NCBI GenBank assembly: GCA_037381445.1
Contig: JARRQT010000107.1
Coordinates: 1 to 17,888, forward strand
Reading direction: 5' to 3'
Source of the DNA: Calditrichia bacterium
GTDB lineage: Bacteria > Calditrichota > Calditrichia > RBG-13-44-9
Length of the DNA: 17,888 bases
Positions 1 to 9,022 of this stretch are shown piece by piece (the first letter of the stretch is position 1; each line of letters starts with the position of its first letter). The position numbers and the translations under genes are program-made. The notes under the pieces are model-generated. The model made no database searches, had not been told where the DNA came from, and worked only from the letters and a program-made list of their open reading frames with translations.

Positions 1-712
1 CATCCGCGAATAAATCGGAGAAAGGATATCCTGCACATTTGGGTCATCGCCCTTGGCGATGATCAGCCCGTTTCCCGACACAGTGCGAATGAGTTTTCTG
101 AATCCATCCTTGATCTGGTCGATATTACGGTAAATGTCCGCATGATCAAATTCGATGTTGTTGATAATCAGATAGTGGGGGAGATAGTGTAAAAATTTGG
201 GCCGTTTGTCAAAAAAGGCGGTGTCATATTCGTCACCTTCAATGACAAAGTGTTCACCCCTGCCGACGCGCGCGGAGGCTTCAAAATTGCGTGAGATGCC
301 GCCGAACAGAAACGTGGGCGAAAGTCCCCCCCTCTTCCAGAATCCAGCTCATCAGTGCGGTGGTGGTTGTCTTGCCGTGGGTACCGGTGATAACAACGCT
401 CTTCAGGGATTGCGCAAATTCCTGACGGATCATTTCCGGCAGTGATGCGAAAAGAAGCCGCCGGTTCAGTATTTCCTCTACTTCGGGATTCCCCCGGGAA
501 AGCGCATTCCCGATAATCGCTTTATCAAAAGATGACCTCAGGTTCGCGATATCATAGCCTTCCCGCACGCGGATATTATTCAGCTTCAGAAAATCGCTTC
601 TGGGAGGATAAACGTTTTGATCTGTTCCCCAGACCTCATGGCCTTTCTGTTTCAGTAAAACAGCCAGCGAAGCAATCGCCGTGCCGCAGATGCCCAAAAA
701 GTAATATTTCAT
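1..712 (-). pseudogene. mpl: UDP-N-acetylmuramate:L-alanyl-gamma-D-glutamyl-meso-diaminopimelate ligase (murein peptide ligase, MurC/Mpl family); frameshifted at 326-332 and cut by the window edge
   Basis: ORF 281..712 has LGICGT, D.NVYPP, IIGNALSRGNPEVE and the P-loop GTHGKTTT. Removing one base from the C7 run at 326-332 continues the frame as LSPTFLFGGISRNFEASARVGRGEHFVIEGDEYDTAFFDKRPKFLHYLPHYLIINNIEFDHADIY, matching the Mpl EgDEYDtAFFDKRsKF and NNiEFDHADI motifs. May be an intact gene with a homopolymer error. Confidence 0.9.
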
Positions 713-820
713 CCCTGTATTTCCCTGTTCAAAACCATGTCAATGTATCATCTTAGGCAAAAGGATTGCGAAGTGGTAAATCCCCCAAAACGCTATTGCG
801 CCGGCCATCCTGCCCATACT

Positions 821-1591
821 TTATTCCTTCGGTGTCGATCCGGGGATTTTTCCGGTTTCACTTCCTTTCTCAAGCTGCGCAATATATTGATCGAACGATT
901 TCAGAATTTTGTGCCAAACTTTAACATCCCGCACCTCCGGATTGGCTCTTCCCATCAGGCGGCTGAAACGAACAATGAAATTTTCCCAGCTGTCAATGGG
1001 TTCAAATCCGATATGTTCAAGGCTCTGCCTGAGATGCACATACAGGGATTCCAGATCCTTGTGCTCCGCCAGCCGCCAATTATATTCTTTTAAATCTTCA
1101 TAGGCAGCCTGATAAAATTCATAGGCATACAGCATTACCGTCTGCGAGAGATTCAGAGAAGGGTGCTTTGTATGGGCGGGCACTGTCGAAACAGCATCAC
1201 ACATGCTGAGTTCTTCGTTGGTGAGGCCGGTTTGTTCCCTCCCGAAAACCAGTGCAATTTTATGATCCAGCGAAACCGGAATGGATTTGCGCACCAGTTC
1301 TTTTGGCGTGTAGTAGGGCAGGTGAAAGACCCGGTCCCGCTGGGTAGTGCCTACCACAAAATGCATATCGGATACGGCATCCCGGAGGGAAGGAAAGATT
1401 GCGGCCGATTCCAGTATGTCCTCCGAGGCATGGGCCATCCAGCGGGCTTCCGGGGTCAGGTAATCGCCCGGGTTCACCAGCACCAGGTTGCGGAAACCCA
1501 TAGTCTTCAGCGCCCGCGAGGCGGCCCCGATGTTGCCTGGCGTCTGAGGTTCCACCAGCACAAAATGGATATTTTGGGAATTTATGCGCAT
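821..1591 (-). CDS. trmJ: SPOUT-class RNA methyltransferase, TrmJ/LasT family (tRNA C32/U32 2'-O-methyltransferase-like)
   Basis: VLVEPQTPGNIGAASRALKTMG, VVGTTQR, LVFGREQTGLTNEEL and PSLNLSQ motifs, plus a C-terminal helical extension typical of TrmJ. Confidence 0.85.
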   Translation of the reverse strand: MRINSQNIHFVLVEPQTPGNIGAASRALKTMGFRNLVLVNPGDYLTPEARWMAHASEDILESAAIFPSLRDAVSDMHFVVGTTQRDRVFHLPYYTPKELVRKSIPVSLDHKIALVFGREQTGLTNEELSMCDAVSTVPAHTKHPSLNLSQTVMLYAYEFYQAAYEDLKEYNWRLAEHKDLESLYVHLRQSLEHIGFEPIDSWENFIVRFSRLMGRANPEVRDVKVWHKILKSFDQYIAQLEKGSETGKIPGSTPKE

Positions 1592-1642
1592 AAAAAACTG
1601 TTTTTTGACATTGCAAATTCTGTTATTCAGCGGACCGCATGC

Positions 1643-2965
1643 TTATTGTATTTCCAGGAGTTCCCGCACTGCAGAAACCAGTTGATCGTTTTTCACGGCT
1701 TTCTGGTCCCCGCTCCGCATATCTTTGATATTCACCATATTCTGCCCGATCTCATCCGGTCCTGCAATGAGAACAAGCGGGATTCCCTTATCGTTGGCCA
1801 GACCGAACTGTCCCCGCAATTTTGATGTCCCGGTATAAAGGTCCGTATTGATCCCGGCCTGACGGAGAGTATTGGCCAGTTTTATGGAATAGGAGAGAGA
1901 GTCTTTTTCAAATACGGTGATCAAAACCTGTACCGGCGTTTGAAGGTGTTCCGGAAACATATTTAATTCATCCATTACGGTGATGATTCGCTCCAGCCCG
2001 ATACTGCTGCCAGTGGCGGGTTCCTCACGCCCGGAAAACATGCCGATCAATTTGTCGTAGCGTCCGCCGCCCGTTATGCTGCCGATGCGCGGTTCTTCCA
2101 CTACGGTTTCGAAAATGGGGCCAGTATAATAATCCAGTCCCCGGGCCAGGTATAAATCAAACAACAGGAATTCCTGGGGTATATTATACAAATTCAGATA
2201 ATGCAGGAGGTCCCTGATTTCCTGAATTCCCTGCAGTCCCGCCTCGCTGTCCCGCAGCAGCTCGCCGGTCTTCTGCAAGCGCTCCTCATTCGTTCCCGAG
2301 ATGTTCAGAATATTAAGGATTTTTTCCACCCCCGTGTTCGGTATGCCGCGGTCGAGCAGTTCGTTTTTCACGCCCTCCAAGCCGATTTTGTCCATCTTGT
2401 CGATGGCGCGGGCCACATTTACTTCCTGCTCTGAACCGGCGCCGGAGATTTCGGTAATTCCGCTCAGAATCTTGCGGCTGTTGAGCCGGATAACAAATTT
2501 ACTGAATTTCAGTTTGTGCAGCGATTCATAAATGACGCCCACAACCTCGGCATCGGCCAGCATGGAGGGACTTCCCACCACATCCACGTCGCACTGATAG
2601 AATTCGCGGAAGCGCCCCTTCTGGGGTTTGTCCGCCCGCCAGACCGGCTGGATCTGATACCGTTTGAACGGTTTGGGCAACTGAGGATACATGGCAATCA
2701 CCCGGGACAGGGGTACGGTCAAATCGTAGCGCAGTCCGACTTCCCGTTTGCCCCGGTCGATAAAACGGTAGGTCAGCCGGTCTCCTTCCTCTCCGTATTT
2801 CCCGGAAAGTGTCTCAAATAATTCGATGGTCGGGGTTTCCAGCGGTTCGAATCCGTATTTTTGGAAAACCTGTTTTATGATATTAATTACATATTCTCGT
2901 TTTACCATTTGCTCGGGCAGAAAATCCCGGGTTCCTTTGTAAATTCGCGGCTGAATCTTCTTCAT
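1643..2965 (-). CDS. hisS: Histidine--tRNA ligase
   Basis: KGTRDFLP, LRYDLTVP, motif 2 WRADKPQKGRFREFYQCDVD, HisA motif ARGLDYYTG, HisB motif GGGRYD, motif 3 GLERI and a C-terminal anticodon-binding domain. Start moved from the TTG at 2992 to the ATG at 2965, which has GGAG 7 nt upstream. Confidence 0.97.
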   Translation of the reverse strand: MKKIQPRIYKGTRDFLPEQMVKREYVINIIKQVFQKYGFEPLETPTIELFETLSGKYGEEGDRLTYRFIDRGKREVGLRYDLTVPLSRVIAMYPQLPKPFKRYQIQPVWRADKPQKGRFREFYQCDVDVVGSPSMLADAEVVGVIYESLHKLKFSKFVIRLNSRKILSGITEISGAGSEQEVNVARAIDKMDKIGLEGVKNELLDRGIPNTGVEKILNILNISGTNEERLQKTGELLRDSEAGLQGIQEIRDLLHYLNLYNIPQEFLLFDLYLARGLDYYTGPIFETVVEEPRIGSITGGGRYDKLIGMFSGREEPATGSSIGLERIITVMDELNMFPEHLQTPVQVLITVFEKDSLSYSIKLANTLRQAGINTDLYTGTSKLRGQFGLANDKGIPLVLIAGPDEIGQNMVNIKDMRSGDQKAVKNDQLVSAVRELLEIQ

Positions 2966-2988
2966 GTTCATTCTCCGGCGTTTGGCTG

Positions 2989-3447
2989 TCAATTGGTCGT
3001 AATCGCACCTTCTTCAATCCAGGTTCTAATCGCCTTAATCTGGGCGTCGGCCAGCGGTGCACGGTCCAGGGGCATGCGTGGAATTCCGTTATATGGGCCA
3101 AGCAACACCAGGTAAAGAATGCTGTTATAAGGCTGCAATTGAATCACATCGGGGACCGTGCGATTGGGCGTCTGGAAAGTCGGAAAATCCGTTTGCAGAT
3201 CCAGGCCCCCGGCCGGATCTCCGCTTTGATGGCAGTTCCCTCCCGCTACACAGTCCGTCAGAAAAATAGGATGAATGTCCCTGCTGAAACTCAATCCGGA
3301 ATCCGGATAATTAAATTTTTCCGGTTCCGTCGAATTTTTGCTGCAATTTGAAAAAAATAGCAGGGAAATTATAAAGGAGAGATACAGAATGGTCGATAAT
3401 ATTTTCAAATAATGGGTCGCTGGGTTGCTTCTACCGGTAATCTTCAT
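2989..3447 (-). CDS. Putative lipoprotein c-type cytochrome (planctomycete cytochrome c/PSCyt1-like) with a non-canonical CX5CH heme motif
   Basis: Hydrophobic signal ending LLFFSN-C (lipobox-like). SFSRDIHPIF...CVAGGNCH...GLDL, then RMP (distal Met) and L...QI..I..WIEEGA, the pattern of this mono-heme domain family. Confidence 0.75.
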   Translation of the reverse strand: MKITGRSNPATHYLKILSTILYLSFIISLLFFSNCSKNSTEPEKFNYPDSGLSFSRDIHPIFLTDCVAGGNCHQSGDPAGGLDLQTDFPTFQTPNRTVPDVIQLQPYNSILYLVLLGPYNGIPRMPLDRAPLADAQIKAIRTWIEEGAITTN

Positions 3448-3551
3448 AATTTTGTGATCCTAAAATTTTTAATTTAAAATTTACTAAATAATGTCTTATA
3501 TTTAAAGGAATTTCTAAGATTCAGTTTCATCTTCTGCTCAAAAGGGATCTT

Positions 3552-5063
3552 ATGACGGACACGCACAAGGAAATTACAGCAGGAAAAATTTTAGTAGTTG
3601 ATGATGAACCGGCCATCCACAAACTCATCCAGGTCCAGTTTTCGCGCCGCAATTTTCAGGTTATCAGTTGCCTAAACAGCGAGCAGGTTTTGGATTATGT
3701 GACGGAACACCAGCCGGATATTGTGTTGATGGATTTAATGATGCCGGTTCTGGACGGCATCAGCGCCACGCACCGCATCAGGAACTCGGATCTTCCCTCG
3801 TACCTGCCAATCATTGTGATCACCGCTAAGCGGGAAATTAAAGATGTGGTGGCTGCTCTGGAAGCCGGGGCCGATGATTACCTGACCAAGCCGTTTGAAT
3901 TCGATGAACTGTATTCTCGCATAAAAAACATGCTGCGGCTGAAGGAAATTCACGATTCGCTTCTTGTCAAAACTCATGAGCTGAATGAGGCAAATTCGCA
4001 GATCACCCGTTTGAATCAGACGTTGACTGATACCAACAGACAGCTCCAGAAAAAAGTATATGACCTGCATAATATTTTTGAAATCAGCTTTAAAGTGATG
4101 GGAGAGACCGATCAGAAGAAACTGGTAAATCTGGCGCTGCTGAATACCTTGGGTATTTTCACTGCCAAAAGCGTGCTGCTCATGGTTCTTACCGATGAGA
4201 AAAACGGAGTTTTTGAAGTGAGTGAATCGAAAGGATTCATCAATGATAAGATCAATAATTTCAGACTGCTCCGCCATGATAAATTGATTCACTACCTGGA
4301 ACTGATCAAAAAACCATTCCAGCTAAAGGATGTGATGAAAGACTTTCGCGAGATCATCCCCCTCCTCGAAGAGCTGGAGGTGGAGGTGGTTGCCCCCCTG
4401 TTTAAGAATGAGGATATTCATGGCATTCTCTGCCTGGGGCCGAATGTTCGTAACCAGGAATATGCCCCGGATGCCATGGAATTATTGCATATCGTCACTA
4501 ATATGCTGGGAATTGCCCTTAATAATGCCCATAATTTTGAGCAGGTCAAGGCGCTTTCCTATACCGACGGGATGACCGGTTTGCACAATTACCGGTTTTT
4601 CACGCTTCGTCTGCGTGAAGAGCTTGCCCGGTCCCGACGTAATGAAACGAACCTGTCTCTTCTCATCCTTGATGTGGATTATTTCAAGAACTACAATGAT
4701 ACCCTGGGGCATCCTGCCGGTGATGAAGTTTTGCGGCAGATCAGCGCCATACTGCGTCATACGGTGCGGGACAATGATATTGTGGCCCGTTATGGCGGAG
4801 AGGAATTCGCGGTAATCCTCCCTGCTACCGACCGGGGCGGAGCGCTGGCCCTGGCCGAACGTATCCGTGCATCCGTCGAAAATCACCATTTCCCCCAGCA
4901 GGAAATTCAGCCCCACGGGACTTTGACAATCAGCATCGGCATCGCCACCTACCCCGGCGACGCGGTGGTGTTCGAGGATCTGATCAATACCGCCGATCGT
5001 GCCATGTATTTCGCAAAAAAGAAAGGCAGAAATCAGGTCATTCTTTTTGACGAATTACCATAG
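3552..5063 (+). CDS. Response regulator diguanylate cyclase (REC - coiled coil - GAF-like - GGDEF)
   Basis: REC domain: VVDDE, phospho-acceptor Asp in VLMDLMMP, TAK, KPF. GGDEF domain: TDGMTGLHN, DVDYFKNYND.LGH..GD, RYGGEEF, SIGIA, AD.AMY.AK..GRN. The RxxD I-site (RDND) is intact five residues before GGEEF. Confidence 0.93.
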   Translation: MTDTHKEITAGKILVVDDEPAIHKLIQVQFSRRNFQVISCLNSEQVLDYVTEHQPDIVLMDLMMPVLDGISATHRIRNSDLPSYLPIIVITAKREIKDVVAALEAGADDYLTKPFEFDELYSRIKNMLRLKEIHDSLLVKTHELNEANSQITRLNQTLTDTNRQLQKKVYDLHNIFEISFKVMGETDQKKLVNLALLNTLGIFTAKSVLLMVLTDEKNGVFEVSESKGFINDKINNFRLLRHDKLIHYLELIKKPFQLKDVMKDFREIIPLLEELEVEVVAPLFKNEDIHGILCLGPNVRNQEYAPDAMELLHIVTNMLGIALNNAHNFEQVKALSYTDGMTGLHNYRFFTLRLREELARSRRNETNLSLLILDVDYFKNYNDTLGHPAGDEVLRQISAILRHTVRDNDIVARYGGEEFAVILPATDRGGALALAERIRASVENHHFPQQEIQPHGTLTISIGIATYPGDAVVFEDLINTADRAMYFAKKKGRNQVILFDELP

Positions 5064-5230
5064 CATGTCCCGGGCTTATATTCTTTACCAATGGCAGTTT
5101 TTTCAGAATTTTCTGCATCCCTTTTTCCCGAAACAGTTTTTCAGGCGGTTCGCTGAACCCGTGAACAAAATTTGTCTTTTGGAATTGATAATAGATATGA
5201 TGACCGAGAAACCAAAAATCTGAGAACTAT

Positions 5231-6304
5231 ATGAGAATAGGAATTTCCTGTTATCCCACATATGGCGGCAGCGGCGTGGTGGCAACTGAGCTGGGAAAAA
5301 ATCTGGCCCGCATGGGGCATGAAATTCATTTTATGGCTTATGCCATGCCTTACCGGCTAAATGAATATTACGACCGGATCTATTATCACGAGGTCAAGGT
5401 AATGGATTACCCCCTTTTCGAATTTCCCCCGTATTCGCTGGCGCTGGCCACCAAAATGGCGGAAATCGCCCGCTACCAGTCGCTGGATCTGGTCCATGTT
5501 CATTATGCTATTCCCCATGCCATTTCGGCTTACCTGGCCAGGCAGATGGTTGCCAATGACCATTCTCTAAAAATTATTACCACGCTGCACGGAACGGATA
5601 TCACGCTGGTGGGAAAGGATCCTTCTTTTCTGGAGGTAACCCGCTTCGGCATTGAAGAAAGTGACGGCGTCACATCGGTATCACAGTACCTTAAGGATAA
5701 AACCATTGAAAGTTTTCATACTTCAAATCCCATTCGGGTCATTTATAACTTTATTGAGGAACATCCGGACCAGCAAAAATCTCACCTGTCCAATTTCAGG
5801 CCGGTCAAAAGGGTGGTGGATGCCATTGAGGTGGCTTACCGGGTGCTGCAGAAAGGGCCTGTCAAACTGATGATGATCGGGGATGGTCCGGAGCGCTCTC
5901 TGGCGGAATCCCGCGCCCGTGAACTCAATATTTCTCAGCATGTTCACTTTTTGGGAAAACAGGAAAATGTTTTCCTGCTGCTGTCCAGCTCAGACGTTTT
6001 TCTGATGCCCAGTCAACTGGAGAGTTTTGGTCTGGCGGCGCTGGAAGCGATGGCCTGCGGCGTGCCGGTGGTGGCGAGCCATGTCGGGGGGCTTACCGAA
6101 TTGGTGAGGGAAGGTGTCAGCGGATTCACTGCGCCTGTGGGAGATGTTGAGAAAATGACGGAACTTGTTCTGAGGATCTTCGATAACGATGATTCCGGAT
6201 CTCAAAAAATGTCCAGGGAAACCCGGGAATACGCTTTCGATAATTTCCATGTGAATAAAATTATTCCCCAATATGTGGAATTATACGAAAATTTATTATC
6301 TTAA
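5231..6304 (+). CDS. bshA: N-acetyl-alpha-D-glucosaminyl L-malate synthase (bacillithiol biosynthesis, GT4); apparent short in-frame deletion near 5780
   Basis: [53 protein letters not shown] and [17 protein letters not shown] are BshA signature segments. Confidence 0.93.
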   Translation: MRIGISCYPTYGGSGVVATELGKNLARMGHEIHFMAYAMPYRLNEYYDRIYYHEVKVMDYPLFEFPPYSLALATKMAEIARYQSLDLVHVHYAIPHAISAYLARQMVANDHSLKIITTLHGTDITLVGKDPSFLEVTRFGIEESDGVTSVSQYLKDKTIESFHTSNPIRVIYNFIEEHPDQQKSHLSNFRPVKRVVDAIEVAYRVLQKGPVKLMMIGDGPERSLAESRARELNISQHVHFLGKQENVFLLLSSSDVFLMPSQLESFGLAALEAMACGVPVVASHVGGLTELVREGVSGFTAPVGDVEKMTELVLRIFDNDDSGSQKMSRETREYAFDNFHVNKIIPQYVELYENLLS

Positions 6305-6310
6305 AAGTAA

Positions 6311-7078
6311 ATGAACTCACAGACGGATCTTCAACAAATTTTTCAGAATGGTAAAAAAACGCTGGTTCTTGCCCACCGCGGTTCTCTGAATATTAACCAT
6401 TATCCGGAAAATTCAATTCCTGCTTTTGAAGAAGCGGCACAATTGGGAGCCGACGGATTCGAACTGGATATCCGGCTGAGCCGGGATAATGTGCTTATGA
6501 TTTTTCATGATGAGAAGATGACGCGTCTTTTGGGGAACAGCGATAGGATCAGCGATCTGAATTATGAGGAGATCAGGGATCATCAATTTCTCAATAGGCC
6601 GGGAAATATGGATATCCGGATCCCATCATTGAGAGAATTGTTTGAAAAATTCGGCTCCTCGGTCTATTACAATATTGAAGTCAAAAGAAGGTTTACCAAT
6701 TATAAAATGGTTGTCCAGCGGCTAAAGGAATTGATCCAAAAATTTGATCTGGAAAACAATGTGTGGATTTCCAGTTTCGATCCGGTTTTTCTATACCGCT
6801 GGCATCGGGCATTTCCAATTGTGCGGACTGCATTTTTGTTTGAGAACTGGAACAGCTTTATCCGCTACATCTGTGCCAGGGACTTCATACAGGTGCTGCA
6901 TCCTGCGGTTGAATTAATGCCGCAATTGACAACAATATGCAATTTCGAAAAACCGCTTTTCTTTTGGACGGTCGACGAAGAAAAAGAGCTGTCGTTATTA
7001 CGGGAGTATGATATTCGGGGAGTCATTACCGACAATGTAACACTTTGCAAACGATTTATTAATCATGAAAATGAATAA
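6311..7078 (+). CDS. Glycerophosphodiester phosphodiesterase family protein (cytoplasmic, UgpQ/GlpQ-like)
   Basis: AHRG, PENSIPAF, ELDIRLSRD...IFHD, IPSL.E, NIEVK, ISSFD, WTVD and GVITD motifs; no signal peptide. Confidence 0.92.
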   Translation: MNSQTDLQQIFQNGKKTLVLAHRGSLNINHYPENSIPAFEEAAQLGADGFELDIRLSRDNVLMIFHDEKMTRLLGNSDRISDLNYEEIRDHQFLNRPGNMDIRIPSLRELFEKFGSSVYYNIEVKRRFTNYKMVVQRLKELIQKFDLENNVWISSFDPVFLYRWHRAFPIVRTAFLFENWNSFIRYICARDFIQVLHPAVELMPQLTTICNFEKPLFFWTVDEEKELSLLREYDIRGVITDNVTLCKRFINHENE

Positions 7079-7745
7079 TGATTGCAAAATAATTAGTTTT
7101 ATTCTGCTGATTTGCCTGAGCGGTTCCGCGCCCGCCGTCACCGTCGAACTGAATATTCACCATAAACACGAAGCTGATATCCAACTATGGCTGAACGGTT
7201 CTGCAGATGCCCAGCAGAAGCAGCTTCTGAAAATGATTGAAAACTCAATTAATCGGCAATTTGAAAATGAACTCTTTGCCGCTACTATTTTTGAAAATCC
7301 TGATTTTATAAATGAGGGACTGCATATCGTTGTGAAAGACATCCGGGTGTTTCAGGATACTCTGAATTTTATCGACTTCCGTTACACCCGGTCGTTTTAT
7401 AAAGAAAAATATTCGCTGAAACTACTTTTAAATTCCCGGATCTTCCAATCCAGATTCTTTGAATGTCTGAAATCGGAAGACCTTGATGAAAATTCTTTAA
7501 ATCGGATTTTTGAAAATGAGAAGGCACTCCGGGTTTTCTGCACATTTCCGGGAAGGTGTACCCAGACTAATATGGAAAAGGTGGATGGAGAATATACATA
7601 TGACATGAATCTGAGAGAGTTTAATAAAGCCGGTGGAGTCATCATATTCCGGTCCTCACAATTTTTTTCGGAGATTTACTGGGCGGTTTTTGGCATTCTG
7701 ATCATTCTTATCGGCCTGATAGCCAGATTTACTTTAAAAGGTTGA
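7065..7745 (+). CDS. Hypothetical exported protein with a C-terminal membrane anchor
   Basis: N-terminal signal-peptide-like stretch (IISFILLICLSGSAPA) and a C-terminal hydrophobic helix (IYWAVFGILIILIGLIA) followed by basic residues. Start overlaps the end of the upstream GDPD gene; an alternative ATG lies at 7071. Confidence 0.7.
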   Translation: MKMNNDCKIISFILLICLSGSAPAVTVELNIHHKHEADIQLWLNGSADAQQKQLLKMIENSINRQFENELFAATIFENPDFINEGLHIVVKDIRVFQDTLNFIDFRYTRSFYKEKYSLKLLLNSRIFQSRFFECLKSEDLDENSLNRIFENEKALRVFCTFPGRCTQTNMEKVDGEYTYDMNLREFNKAGGVIIFRSSQFFSEIYWAVFGILIILIGLIARFTLKG

Positions 7746-7957
7746 TTTTTTGATTTCACATAAGATATTTGAAAAATAATAAAGGCCCTTCTCATAATTT
7801 TGCTGGCTCTATTCCTGATTCGGCGATTCTGGCTACAAATAATTTGGAATTGACGAAAAATTCTTTTTTAATGGAATAGTTTATTGTATTTTTCTTTTAT
7901 TATTAAAATGTTAAATAATGCGATAAAATTTTTGATATCTGAATCTAAAGATTGAAT

Positions 7958-9022
7958 ATGGAAAACAGGAAGAATGAAAAAATCCTCGGTGCGGCTATTA
8001 AAATAGCGGAGGGGCAGGACGCAAAGTTAATTGATTCTGTCGCAAAGCAGATAGAAACCCGGCAAGGAATAAAACTTCTCGATTTAAGAAGGCGTCCCGA
8101 GGCCCATTATACTACGATTAAAATTGCGGGAAAGATTGATAATATCCTGGAAACGCTATTCATGACCGGCGAACTGGCTTTCAATTTGATTGATTTTACC
8201 CAATATCCGGCGGAAGGAAAATCGGTAGGCTCATTTTCAAGCGTAGTGTTTATACCCATCCGCCATATGACAATTTCAGAATGTGCTGTCATTGCCCAGA
8301 GTTTTGCCAAAGATTTTTCAGAAAAGTTCCGGCATCCGGTTTTTTTCTTTGAAGGGCCTGCCAAACATAAAAAATCTGAGCATGAAAAAATGATCCAGGG
8401 TCTGAGCAGGGAAGAATTGATTTCCCGCATTCAGCAGGGAGAATTAAAACCATGGGGAAAGAACTTTTCCTACAATCCGGAAAGGGGCGTTACTTTTGCA
8501 GGCATCAGAAAATTTATCATCACCCTGATTGCTTATCTGGATACGACGAACTTTGAAATCACCCAGGAAATATCAGACGAGATTGGCTCTCGGGGCAGAA
8601 TAATCCGCGACAGAGAGGGGAATCCTCTCAAGGATGACAATGGGAATGTCAAACGGGAAGAGGGCCGGTTTCATTCGATAGATACCATGGCGGTCAATGT
8701 GGGGGAAGAAAAACTGACGCAAATCATATTCAGTATCAAGGATTATGATAATCCCAATTTGGTCCAGTTATATAAGACGCTGCAAAATATTGCAGACAGT
8801 TTCTGGGTAGAAATCCTGGGGTATATGATTGTGGGTTATGTAAGCCTGGAGTCCCTGCGGTCATCAATTTCATCATTGCCTCGGAGCGAGGAGATCCAGA
8901 AATTACCTTTGGCAAAACAACTAGAGGCGTTGAGAAAATTTCTCAATCTGGATGCTTTTGGAGAATTTTCGCCCCAGTGGCAAATTATAGATTTTGCCTT
9001 TATCCCCTTTGCGTCTCCCTAA
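7958..9022 (+). CDS. Glutamate formiminotransferase (FTCD N-terminal)-like protein with catalytic residues lost
   Basis: Colinear with FtcD throughout: EG.D...I, GIKLLD, LID, FIPI..MT..EC...A, PVFFFE, KP, G.T..G.R.F, GR..RD..G....D.NG insert, G..IVG.V.LE.L and terminal L.L....F.P...II. The conserved CVPNFSEG, NRT and HPRxG motifs read AAIKIAEG, HYT and GKSVG. ATG at 7958 preferred over TTG at 7952. Confidence 0.8.
   Translation: MENRKNEKILGAAIKIAEGQDAKLIDSVAKQIETRQGIKLLDLRRRPEAHYTTIKIAGKIDNILETLFMTGELAFNLIDFTQYPAEGKSVGSFSSVVFIPIRHMTISECAVIAQSFAKDFSEKFRHPVFFFEGPAKHKKSEHEKMIQGLSREELISRIQQGELKPWGKNFSYNPERGVTFAGIRKFIITLIAYLDTTNFEITQEISDEIGSRGRIIRDREGNPLKDDNGNVKREEGRFHSIDTMAVNVGEEKLTQIIFSIKDYDNPNLVQLYKTLQNIADSFWVEILGYMIVGYVSLESLRSSISSLPRSEEIQKLPLAKQLEALRKFLNLDAFGEFSPQWQIIDFAFIPFASP

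Noticed and set aside
5143..5162. Small hairpin ggttc-gct-gaacc upstream of bshA as a REP element or terminator
   Set aside because: Single short copy with no U-tract and no recurrence in the window.
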